From contig JAHLWZ010000346.1 in assembly GCA_020536535.1 (NCBI GenBank), positions 17,872-81,871 on the forward strand: a stretch of DNA of 64,000 nt, in the 5' to 3' direction. Position numbers and translations under genes: made by a program. This DNA is from Pelomyxa schiedti. Taxonomy: Eukaryota; Protista; Evosea. Numbering within the stretch: position 1 is the stretch's first letter; each line of letters opens with the position of its first letter. Of the stretch, positions 37,309-48,256 are shown in pieces. The notes beneath the pieces were generated by a model. That model worked only from the letters and a program-made list of their open reading frames with translations. It did not search any database and was not told the origin of the DNA.

Positions 37309-40300
37309 ATGCGGGGGATGGCAACGAACGGCAGCGGAAACGCGCAGGGGCCTCCGGGGGCCATGTTGCCGTCGACAAAGGACAACACGGTGTTCAACGG
37401 CGCCCCGGTGGCCAGTGGCGCCATGCTAGGGGGGGCTTCGCTGGCCCCCTCCGCAGCTCTCACCGGGGGGCCCCGCACGCCCTCGGGGAGGGGAGCTCCG
37501 GCGGCCTCGCTGATAGGGTCGCTGGCCGCCGGGGTTGCCAGGCAGCAGCAGCAGCAACAACAACAAGGGACAGGGGCACAAAGGCAAGGCGGCGGCGGGG
37601 GGCGTGGGGGAATGGGGACTGCTGCTGCTGCTACCACGGGCGGGCTGCGGGAGAGGGAGAGGCAGGGGCAAGAGGAGGGCGGGGGCGCCACGCCTGCCGA
37701 GACAATAGCCTTCTTGGAGGACACTGGTTTGTGTGTTCTGTTTATTGTTGGCTGCCGTTAATTTTTGTGGGCCTGCTTTGATTGATACTGTACGGTGGCT
37801 ATTTTTTTTTTTTTTTTTAATAGGTGTACTACTTGTACTACGTAGAACCCTAATGCAATTAATTGGGTAACTCTCTATTTTTCTTAGTGAGAAGGCTTCA
37901 TGCTGAACTTGGAAGGTGGCAGCTGAAGTACCCAGGTGGATTGAATTCACCAAGGAATGGTGACCAAGATGACAGTGATGACGGTGGAGAGGCAGTGGAT
38001 CAGGGACTTCCCTTGTGGATGAAGGACCCAAAGGCAGTCTCCCCGCTTTTTCGTGCTTATGACAACAAGATAAGCACCCTTGAGTCACAGCTGTCTCGAT
38101 GCAAAGTTAGCTCACCAACTTTTAAATACAAGTGGTAAAAACATGTCTCAGGAAGAAGTATCTAAACTTGAAACCCAAGTCCAAGACGTGATTGGTGAAA
38201 ATGAGAGTCTCATGAAACAGTTAAAGAACGCCTATGGTGGATTCCAGGATGATACTGAACCAAGACCGACACTGGAAACATGGTACTTTCTGCGTAGTTT
38301 ACCACCAGTTAAATTTTCGCTATGAAGGCGAGAACTCCAAAACCGACTCCAAATATTGGAAGAAGAAAATGAAGTTTTTTTCCAACAGCAACAACTCAAA
38401 GTATCTGAGCATGCAGAGGCTCTAAAAGAATTGCAGGATTTGACTTCCAAATGTTTCCCTCTCCAGAAATCCTCTTTGCTTATGTTATTAAGATGACCAA
38501 GCCAGAGCAAAATTACATCAGCTTCAGTCACGTGCAGCCGATTTAGAACAAGCAAGATCTCAAATTTCACTCTTGGAAAGGAAAAGAAATTCTTTAGAAG
38601 AACAACTCAGATCTTGTAAGAGCGATTCTGCTGCTCTGGCAGCTTTGAGAATGTGTGTTCCTCGATACATCTGAAAGTGTAACCATGCAAAACAAGTGAG
38701 TTCGAGCAACTTAAAACTCAGAAGGATGCATTGCAGCAAGAAAATCAAGAACTGTTATCCCGCGAGCATGGATTGTCAAGTGGTGCTGCCACAGCCGAGA
38801 GAAAAATTGCAGGTTTACACGTCTTGGAAATAGATAAAAGAAATCAAACAGCCCAGTGACTTCAAACAGCACTTACTGAACAAAGAGACAGTTTGCAGCG
38901 GGAACTTCGGATGGCAAATGCTGACAGAGATGAACTGTATAAGGTGTTATCTTCCTAACCACCTTTGGAGTTAAATCTGTTTAGAGTATTGAATCACTCG
39001 AAAAACGAATAGCTTCCAGTGAGCAGAGAGAAGCTGCATCTCTAAGAAGGATGAATGAATGTGAAGAGCAGGCATGAATTGATTATTTCTACCTCTTTAC
39101 CAAACTGGAAGCAGGTTGAAGAAGCAAAACTCGAGCACCAAAAGGCTGTGCTTTCTGAACAAAAGGCACTTGCGGAAGCGCAAAAAGCCACTGAACAGTT
39201 TTCTGTGGAAACAGAAAAATTGAAGGAACACTACACAGCAGAACTCGGCACGTATGCCTTTTCAATCAACTTTGAGGTATTCCAACATACAAGGAAAAAG
39301 ATACAAAGCACAAGCCGATGCCAAAACATCAAGACTTCAGAATGAGATCAATGAACTTCAAGTATGTTGCATTCTCAAGAAAAGGAATTTTTTTATGGTA
39401 ACCGAGCACAAGGTTTCCAACGCAACACTTACAGCAGAAATCGACAGAAGAAAACGAGAAAAACGATCTTTGGAGCTTGAATTGGATAGGTTGCATAAAG
39501 TTCCCGAGACAGAGTTGCAGAACTATCGCTCTCGGCTTGATGAAGCTGATTCTCGCCTTGCGGCGGTTATACGGGAAAAAGACACTGCTGTAATCAACGC
39601 CCAGAGGTATGCAAACAGCTTCTCAGTGAACATTACTCTCATTGCGGCTTTTTCCTCTCCTTACATAATTCTGTTCTCCTGTCATGTCTCCAAAAACAAC
39701 CAACCCATACGACGCTGGAATGTGTTGTGGTTACCCGCTAAGAAACCTTCGATAGAGTTGAAAATGATCTCGCCAAAGTCAACAAATCTTCACTGCAGGA
39801 TAAAGAACAACTGAATATGCAGATACAAGAACTTCAACAAAGGATCCGTGCCCACGAGCAGACCATTCAAGCTCAAAAGGTAATATGTGTTATGCCTGTT
39901 CCCAACATGCTAACTGCTTTTTTTCTTTTTTTTTACAGAACGAGATTCAAAATACAACTGAATCCATTGATCAACTGGAGAATGACCTCAAATCAGCAAT
40001 TTCAGAGAAAGAGGCAAGTGAGAGGTCTCTACTCTCAGAAAAGGATTTAACCACCAAGTCTCTTCAATCTCAGGTTGTTAGATTTGCCAATCTTCTGCCA
40101 TAATTGTTGACGTAAACAAAGATTCAAAACTTACAACAAAGACTGGAAGAGAGTGAAGTTTCTAGAAAGCAAGCACTTGAGCAACACAACACTATTGTAT
40201 CTTCACAAACCTCCATGCGCGCAAAATGGTGACTCGAACACAGAGTTTCCCCTCTTCCTAAATATGCTTTGTTACCCTTAGGAAAGAAGACCTGCAATCA

Positions 40301-40891
40301 ACAACAGCTCGGTTTCAAAAAGCACTCAAGGAAATCGAATTTCAGAAAGCAAAACTACAAGACCAAAACGAAGCACTCTCTCTTCAGCTCACTCAACTTT
40401 CCGCACAAAGGAATTCACACTCCATGCAAGACAGTGAATTCCGCCGGGTTTGTATCCCTCGATATTTCCCCAAACCCCAGCACAACACACTAACACAAAC
40501 TAACAACTGCACCAAAAACCAGACCGTCGAAAAATACCAGAAGAAATACGAAATGGCGGAGCGGAACCTCGCCCAGCTCGCCGGCCGCGAGCAAGAATAC
40601 ATCCAGTCGCAGCAGGTTCTGGTCAGCGAGCACGCCAAGGTCTCAGCGGAGCGCGACCAGCTTCTGGCCGAGCGAGACCGGCTGCGGCGGGACCTGCGCG
40701 AGACCAGCATGGAGCTGCAGCAGCAGCAGACGCCGCACCAGGCCCTCCAGTCCTCGATGAACTCGCTGAGGCTGCAGCGGGACCAGGCCCTGGAGAGGGT
40801 TGCTATGCTCGAGGCCCTCGTGGCTCGCCTAAGGGACGAGAAGCACCAGCTCACCTCGAAGCTAAGAGCCTTGCCTCTGGGTGGATTTTGA
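37309..40891 (+). CDS. Long coiled-coil protein, SCLT1/CEP89-like (centriole distal appendage family)
   Basis: LPLWMKDPKAVSPLFRAYDNKI resembles the CEP89/SCLT1 PPW...LSPLLxAY(E/D) motif. Multi-exon heptad-rich coiled coil. C-terminal AKW|KEDLQST resembles SCLT1 RWKEE. Start codon uncertain. Confidence 0.6.
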
Positions 40892-41575
40892 TGGGCTTCT
40901 TTTGGTGTTGGTTATTGTACAGTGACCCTACGAGACAGAACTCAATCGGTGGCTCGGGAATTACACAAACTAAAACTACACAACAGTTCTGCTCTTTTCT
41001 GGGGAACCACTCCGGTTGTTGCACCTGCTGCGCCGGCATTATGGGCCGCCGCGGCTTCGTGCTCACCGCCGTGGCGCCAAGGGGGATGGGGAGGAGGCCA
41101 TCACCGCGACCGCCGACTGGTTGAGAGGGGGAGTCGAGGACGCCGTTCGCGGCCGCTGATGGACTCGACACCCCGGGATACGGGCCGATACCTCGCCCAC
41201 GACCGAGGCAACATCAAAGTTTCTAAAAAAAAAGTACATGAATAAATTCTTTACTGAGGTTGTGGCAAGTCAGTCTTTGAGACTGGGAGCCAGGGGAGGC
41301 TAGGGGTTACAGCAGTAACAACGTTCCCGCAGTCGCGTTACATGTAAAACACAAGGCCACGGTTGACCATGGGAAATTCCCAAATCTTAAAATGGCGCCA
41401 AAAAAAGGATCATACAGAAACAATAAGGAAAAATAAAAATAATAAAAAAAACAATAAGGAAAAATAAAAATTATAACAAGTGCGAAAGCAACAGCACCTC
41501 CGGCAATGCAGCAAGCCGTACTCCGGCAAAGCAAAGGAAAGCACGTAAGAACCAAAGAGCCACGTAAACCTCGTA

Positions 41576-41848
41576 TTCTCCAAGCTCTATGTTTGTTGTT
41601 CTCTGCCTCTTATTCTCCTTCAATTTGGGCGATTCCCAAGCTCTATGTTTGTGTTCTCTACTCTATTCTCCTATTCCTCCTCCTATTCCTTCAATTTTGG
41701 GCGATTCCCAAGCTCTCTGTTCTCTACTCTATTCTCCTATTCTCCTTCAATTTTGGGCGATTCCCAAGCTCTACTCTATTCTCCTATTCTCCTTCAATTT
41801 GGGTGATTCCCAAGCTCGGCTCTATTCTCCTATTCCTCCTCCTATTCC
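41576..41848. repeat. Irregular tandem repeat: CCTTCAATTT(T)GGGCGATTCCCAAGCTC core x4 plus one partial, separated by related CTCTATTCTCCTATT linkers
   Basis: Cores visible at ~41618, ~41688, ~41744 and ~41791, with a partial copy at ~41576. Each core contains a TTGGG-N5-CCCAA inverted repeat. Confidence 0.85.
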
Positions 41849-42506
41849 AGGCCTTTTTCCCTTCTTCTATTACTCCTAGCAAATTCCAGTTCAGCAGCAA
41901 ATATGTTAACCCCTATAGTGTATTGGCACGGGTGGAGAGTAGAAGAATTACATGGAAGGGGTGCAAAGTCCCATGGAATGTGTGGTTGGGTGTACATCGC
42001 CGCCGATTGGTTTGAAAAACCCTTATTTTTCGCTAAGTGGGCTGTATTCCAGACATTGAAACGATTTAGTTTATTGCCATACCTGCAACCACCAAGAAGT
42101 CATTACTGTTCTGTTTGTGGATCCCAGTGTGTGAAGGTTAAAAACGAACTATGCAATAACTGATGTAGATTAGCTAAAGCTGTTTAAGTTTCGCGATCAT
42201 CCTATCCTCGTAACTGTGTGCATCACGATTGGGGAATTGTGAGTACCTGTCTGCTGGGTTGTGTTGCCACTTTAGTCATCTCCAGTGACTCATTTGACCC
42301 ACACTGAGATGTTTGGGACTATTGCTGAAGCCTTTTTAGCATGTCCTACATAAGGAAGAGATTTTTGTTTTTTCAAGGCATACACAAATGACCAATCCAG
42401 TCAGAACAAAAAAAGAATCACTTGGAACTACGCCGCGCTGCCTTCACAACAATAATGTTTTTCTTCAATCTCAACCAAACAGGTCAAATCCCACCTCTGG
42501 GAGTGC

Positions 42507-45500
42507 TTAAATGGGGTCCTCTATTGCCGTAGAGTATATGGGCTTGGGGGCTTCTTGTTTGTGGGCATGTTCTTCCCCAAAGGCGGCCTTTCTGGTCTTG
42601 TAGGCCTCTTCTAGCTGTGGGATGTAAGTCGCCTCCAACTCCCCAGCGCATATTTCACATGAGGCAAGGTTGACCAAGTCAGAAGCTATTGTGGGATGAT
42701 CACCTTTGTGCACCTGCCGGTTTATTGCCAAAGCCTGTTTGAAAAGGCTTACAGCTTGTGGAAAGTCCTCCCTTCTCTTGAATACATTGGCTAGGTTGGT
42801 GAACCTAATTGCATTTGATAAGCTGGATTCATAACTTGGACTATGCATACGCAATTGCAGTTTTTGGGTGAGCTTCCCCTTACAGCCTTTTCCTCATTTC
42901 AATTGTTTGTTCATACAACTGGACTGCTTCTTCTAGTTTCCCCATGTCATAATATACCTTGTAGAAGTCACGTGACTTCTGGATTGGGACATGTGCACTG
43001 ATACCTGTCCCATGTTGGAAGTTACATCTGCGATATCAACATGTTGGTCTCCATACAGCTTCTTCAGGATAGCAAGTGCCTCCTTATAGAGAGGAAGACT
43101 GTCCCAGTGCCTCTTCCCATGGTGGAAGTACAGGCCAGCCAGGTTATTGAGGCTATTATTTGTTTTAAGGAAACAAGTAAGGTAAAATAAAAAAAAAAAC
43201 CTGTGTGCTATCAAGTCTGGTGGGCACCCTCTAGTTTTGCGTTTTATTTCCAGTGATTTTTTATGGTTAGCCTCAGATAGATCAATTTCCCCCTTTTTTT
43301 CATACAATCTACCAAGTAAATTGAGTGCATAAGCGTGGGTAACATTGAATCCGAAGTGGAACTAATCAACATGGTGAGAAGGAGTGTGGCTTATAGGGAC
43401 ATACAGGCTCACTCATTGCCTGAGACGTAGTGGCAAAACTGAGTCCATCATCATACCGTGCTAAATAATACATCAACTCGCCGACACGGAAGTATCTATA
43501 TGCTAAATCCTCTTTTTCCACAGAGGTCTGCGATGTAGCAAGGGTTAGTCACAAAAGAGGATGTGAGTAATGGGTTTGCCATTTTGTCTAAGGTGGCGTG
43601 GTATAGCTTTGCCATGGAATCATCTTTGGCAGTGGCGTACCAGAACTTGTAAAGTGTGTATTTAGTTTCATCATTATACCAAAAGTCGAATGTTTCCCAC
43701 AGGGATAGACAGCGTGCTAATCGGTCTTTTTCTTGCATTTCCTTATGGCAGTGTAAAAAACGCACTAAATATTTAAGAAGGTACACACCAGTAAGATTAC
43801 TGGTAGCACTCTTGCTCGGCGCGTTGGTTCGACTTGATCAGATTCAAATAAAGTGGCCACAAGTGTCAGACACGCCTTGGGAACAATGGAAGAGAAAACT
43901 GAGTCCCTAATAAGAGAAGGGAGAAATTTCTGGAACCCAGCAAAACCTTTTTTAAAGAGACTATGTGCAAAGGTGAGAGAGCTCCCTTCTGCAGATTTTG
44001 CAAGGAAAACTGAGAGAGATTGCCTTCAGGTGTGTTGGATTGTTACAAAGAATAGATACTAGTTCTTACCTTAGGGAAACAAACTCTGATGGGGAAATTC
44101 CGAGTGCCATCTGCATTTCCGGTTCATACAATGCTGAGAACCCATATCAGTCAAAGCAATAAAAGAAAAATGGGCCTTACACTCAGGGCAGTGTGTCAAT
44201 ATTCCGAGAAAGTTGTCTACTGCTACGGCACTATTTTCCCCTTTGATCCGATTGTATATTTGCTTAAGGAGGCCCGGAATAGTTGGAGACATATTCCGTA
44301 TAAATGTCGTAACCTTGACAGCGAGTAAGTGAGAGTGCAACAACTGCGGGATTTGAAAACCTGCTCAAATATTCCAAACACTCTCAATTCCTCACAAGCA
44401 AGAACCAGATAGAGTGGCGACTGCTGTGCGTCATATTTTTCTATAAGCAACCTCATCTGCTTGTTGTTATCGTGACATTCGGGCTACAAAAGAGATACTT
44501 GTTCAGAGTCTAATTGTTTGTTACTCTCCCGTAAATGGGTAGAAATGATTTCCTCAGCCTTGTGACATTGAGCACGAATTGTGCTTGTCACTTTCATTTT
44601 AGGAAACGCGAAAGTGAAAGGGCCACAGGAGGTAAACATTATTGAAACATTAGGCCAATTTGAGAGCCACCAGTCGGGCACTGGATGCTTGGAACGGTTA
44701 TTGCTTTCGTTATAAGGGGAGTAAACAAACGTCAGAGCTTTCTAGGGTATCTATGTCATCAATGCAAAGTAAAAATTTCTTGGGTAACTTGGATAACTTC
44801 CCAATAACACCCATTGCTATGCTGTGTATAGAATCTTCTTCACCTTCAAGGCGTTTAAGACCACCCCATTCCTACAACACAAATGTCAATCAATTGCACA
44901 AACGAGTAATACAACCATGCATATGCGTCTCAATAAATTCATGCTGGTTTTCGAGCCTGGTCCCGCCCCTGCAAAATGTACCAGCACTTTCCACTTGGAA
45001 TCCTTATGGGATTGTTCATCACCCACTAAAAGACTGTATTTCTAGGAACCTTGAGAACTTCTTGTTCAATTTCAGATAGAAGTGTAGACTTGCCAGAACC
45101 AGCACTCCCAGTAATTTGAATTATGGCTGGATGGGAGTCCCTGAGGGAAGAGAGAGCAAGCTGAACAGAACCAGTGGTATCATGAACACCTTACCGAGAA
45201 ATAAGCATGGAACCATTGCAGAGTAAGGGTGAGTATTAGAACATAGTCTAGTTTTGTTTTCCAGCATTGAAGTATGTGGGAGTTTTGCCAAGAGGACAGG
45301 TTCTGGAGAAATGTGGTCTTCAGGGTACTGCTGTGAGATTGAAGTTTTTAAGAAGTTAAGCACCTTGGGTTTATTTTAGTTTATGGATTAAACAGGATTT
45401 GCACGATACTGTTGCCTCGAAGTCCTCCATGTTGATCATTACAGGTTTTCCATCGGCTCCAACGTGGGAGAAAGTGCATGAATAGTCAAAACAGCTTGCA

Positions 45501-46595
45501 GGGAACCAAGATCTGACCTTAATTCCCAGGAAGTCACCACAATGAAAAAATACACTAAGAAGGAAACACCTTTCTTCGAAGTTGGTCGACAAATTCGTTG
45601 TGTTCTGCAGTGTCTTCTTTAAATTGGGGAAGAATTTCTCTGGGCAGTCTTGAAATTAACGAGGGATCACGCAACATGAAAACTGCATTCGGTGTACGTG
45701 TCCGACAGACTCCATGTAATATTTCCATTCCAGTTACAGAAAAGCCATCAATCCAATGGTACCTTGCTTGAATGGCCTGAGTAAAGGGTAATTCAAGTAC
45801 ATGAGATATTGGTCAATTACTGGAGGAACTTGGTCATGTGTAGGTATCCAGCCACACCGACCACCAAGCAGTGATACAAAAAATGGGTGCCCATTTTCAC
45901 TGATGCATCTATCAAGCTCTCCCAAACACACCCGCAGAGTATCACCCGATGCAGAGTCCTTGGGAACACCCCACCTCAAATCACATTCCACCAAGTGCAA
46001 ACGCCTCTCAGAACACCATTTTCTTAGAACTGGAAACACTCGTTTCACAAGGCATTCTCTTTCACTGTGCATATCTGCAAATGTGCTTGACACAAACACC
46101 CTGACAGTCTTCCACCCACGCAAACTGCTCATTAAAGGCGTTACAGTTCCAACTCTCATTGGTCCACAAGTCTCCTCAGCCTTTTTATTATTTTGGTTTT
46201 GTGGAAGCTCTGGAACTATTAATACTATTTTCTCACTATATTGTATTATTGAATCCCAGTGATACCTGCAGGAATGCAGGTGCCCATAATGTTGTTTTGC
46301 CCGGCTCCTCTGCCTTCTCCGGTGCGGCACTCACACTCGAATCTGGTGCCGGTGTCACGAGAGGCGGCGAGGGCCGCGATGGCAGCACCGGCCGTGGCTC
46401 CCATAATAATTCCCTGTCGTGGGTGCGGTAACGGCGCGCCGTGACGTCGTTGAGGGTCGTCGATGATGGTCTTTTCCTTTCGCGACGTGCCTTCAGTCCA
46501 TTTGCAGTGATGGGAGACGCCTCCGTGGACGACGGAGGTGGCGTCAGCCCCAGAAACGACAGGTTCCCTCCAACGAGCGTCTGCAACAGGTTCAT
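42507..46595 (-). CDS. DUF4062 - STAND/NACHT-like P-loop NTPase - TPR protein (NPHP3/TEP1/TTC41-like)
   Basis: VRVFVSSTFADMHSERECLVKRVFP.LR..C......L.ECDLRWGV (DUF4062); Walker A ITGSAGSGKSTL (~45080-45115); Walker B FLLCIDDID (~44750-44778); SPLYL.LACEELR; kinesin-light-chain-type TPRs (SLNNLAGLY, HVDIA, HPTIASDLVNLA). The 5' end is uncertain (ATG 46595 or ~46288). Confidence 0.85.
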
Positions 46596-46794
46596 GTTTT
46601 ACGGTAAAAGCGTGCTTTGTGGAAATCCGCAAGTTTTTCTTGGGTTTGATTCGCGGGTTGGAACGTGCTGTGGCAAGTGCTCTCTTTTTTTGAATACCCC
46701 TTTTTGCTGATTGTTTTTGGTACCAGCTGGGGGAACCAAAAATACAATACTGAGATAGCAGGTTCACTTTGGATTATCACACCATTAACATTAC

Positions 46795-48186
46795 CTAGGG
46801 TTTGAATTGATCCCAGGTTGTGAGCCCAGAAAATGCGAAGTCCGCAAAGTTCCTTACGAATTCCGCACGGGTGAGACTGGGTGACTGGGCCACAGAGTTG
46901 CACCTGTGAATGTGCTTGCCTCCAGCAGAGTGGTGCAGTGAAACCACTTCACGCACAGCTTGGGCTGAAATGCTGGGAGCAAAGTACAGCCTCTTTCGGC
47001 CAATGGAATCCACAACTTCCGGGTGGATTCTGGCTCTTTTGTGTGCCTGTTTGATGGTATAAGCGAAGGCGTCGTCGAAGACCTGCCCAAGCTGCAGAAG
47101 GTGCAGCATTGCCATAAACATTGTTGTTCTGCCGCGTCCGGCACGGCAGTGGAAATGGACACTCAAGTCCTTCTTTGGTGTTGTACCTGTTGCAGCGGAG
47201 CTAGTAGCAGAAGTAGTGGATTCTCCCTCCGCGGCAAGAATAGACCCAGACACAGAACGAGGCCCCCATATTCCCGCTGCAGCGCAGAACTGCACGAAAT
47301 CAGAAGTTACACCGCGGTCCGGGATGGCGTGGTCATTCACAGGCAGCCTCAAGTACTCCGCGCCGGCGCCCTGGGCCACCTCCCTCTCCGCCCTCACGGA
47401 ATCCACGCGGACCCACTCCAGCCTGCCTCCCCCGACTCCCCCGAGCCCCGCGCACTTGAGGGCGCCGCGGCCCATGCCGCCGGCCTGCCCCCGCCACGCG
47501 CGCACGCGGCGGCCCTCGCTCTGCGCGGCGCGCAGCATGCCGAGCACCGCGCCGTCGTGCTCGTGGCTGTGGGCGTGCAGGCGGGCGGAGTGCTGGCGCC
47601 ACCTGTTGTCGGGCGGCGTGTAGAGCGACACGGGGACGCCGTTGAGGTGGCAGTGCGGCTCCCTCCTCAAATCCACAACGACGAATCTGTTCCTGCCCGT
47701 CCCATCATCGCCGTCGCCATCGCTCTCGCTAGCGTTCTTGGTTCCAGAACTTTTCGGCCTCGTGCTTTCTATAATTCGGTGCAGTTGCTCGTCGCTGAAG
47801 GCGGCGCTTCCGCAAATCCGGACCGACGTCGTTTCGCGGGCAAAGAGACGCCGCGGCGATAGTGACGGTTCGAGGGGCGTGCCAGGGGGCAGGCAACGCG
47901 ACGCCACCGCGAAACCTTGCGATCTGTACTTTTCCACGAACGGGGGAGGCAGAGTGACCCACCTCATGTGCCGGGGCAGTGCGCTGACACCATCCCCATC
48001 AAAACTCAGCATCTTTTCTAAGAATGCGGGGAGGGGCACGTGCCCCTTGTTAACTCCTGATCGTTTCAGAAGGTGGTGGACTTTACGGTTGACGATAGGT
48101 GCCTCTTCATTGGGAAGTGCTCTGACAATCTCCCCAATCTTGAAAATCCAAGTGAGAACAGTTCCTAGGAACCTAACAACGTTCAT
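46795..48186 (-). CDS. PTP-like phytase / inositol polyphosphate phosphatase (paladin/PhyA/LppA family), intronless
   Basis: Single 463-aa ORF with ICGSA.FS, VVVDLRREPH..LNG.PVS, YLRLPVNDHAIPD (general-acid loop) and P-loop VHFHCRAGRGRTT.FM.M. Confidence 0.85.
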   Translation of the reverse strand: MNVVRFLGTVLTWIFKIGEIVRALPNEEAPIVNRKVHHLLKRSGVNKGHVPLPAFLEKMLSFDGDGVSALPRHMRWVTLPPPFVEKYRSQGFAVASRCLPPGTPLEPSLSPRRLFARETTSVRICGSAAFSDEQLHRIIESTRPKSSGTKNASESDGDGDDGTGRNRFVVVDLRREPHCHLNGVPVSLYTPPDNRWRQHSARLHAHSHEHDGAVLGMLRAAQSEGRRVRAWRGQAGGMGRGALKCAGLGGVGGGRLEWVRVDSVRAEREVAQGAGAEYLRLPVNDHAIPDRGVTSDFVQFCAAAGIWGPRSVSGSILAAEGESTTSATSSAATGTTPKKDLSVHFHCRAGRGRTTMFMAMLHLLQLGQVFDDAFAYTIKQAHKRARIHPEVVDSIGRKRLYFAPSISAQAVREVVSLHHSAGGKHIHRCNSVAQSPSLTRAEFVRNFADFAFSGLTTWDQFKP

Positions 48187-48256
48187 TGAAGCAAAGATCC
48201 GGTTGAGAACGTAAAAACGTCGGTTAACGGATCAGAAAAACAACCAACAAACCGCA

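Noticed and set aside
38850-38870. Apparent in-frame TGA in the coiled-coil gene suggesting stop-codon reassignment
   Set aside because: A downstream acceptor (ttcaaacag|CA CTT) restores the frame and puts the TGA in the intron. Other genes here end in TGA normally.
41576-41848. CRISPR-like array (palindromic ~28-bp repeats with intervening sequence)
   Set aside because: Intervening sequences are related low-complexity variants of uneven length, there are no cas genes, and the context is eukaryotic.
47340-47660. High-GC patch in the phytase gene as evidence of foreign origin
   Set aside because: Similar GC-rich patches occur in clearly native genes (22870-23250, 37320-37700, 40550-40850), so composition is uninformative.
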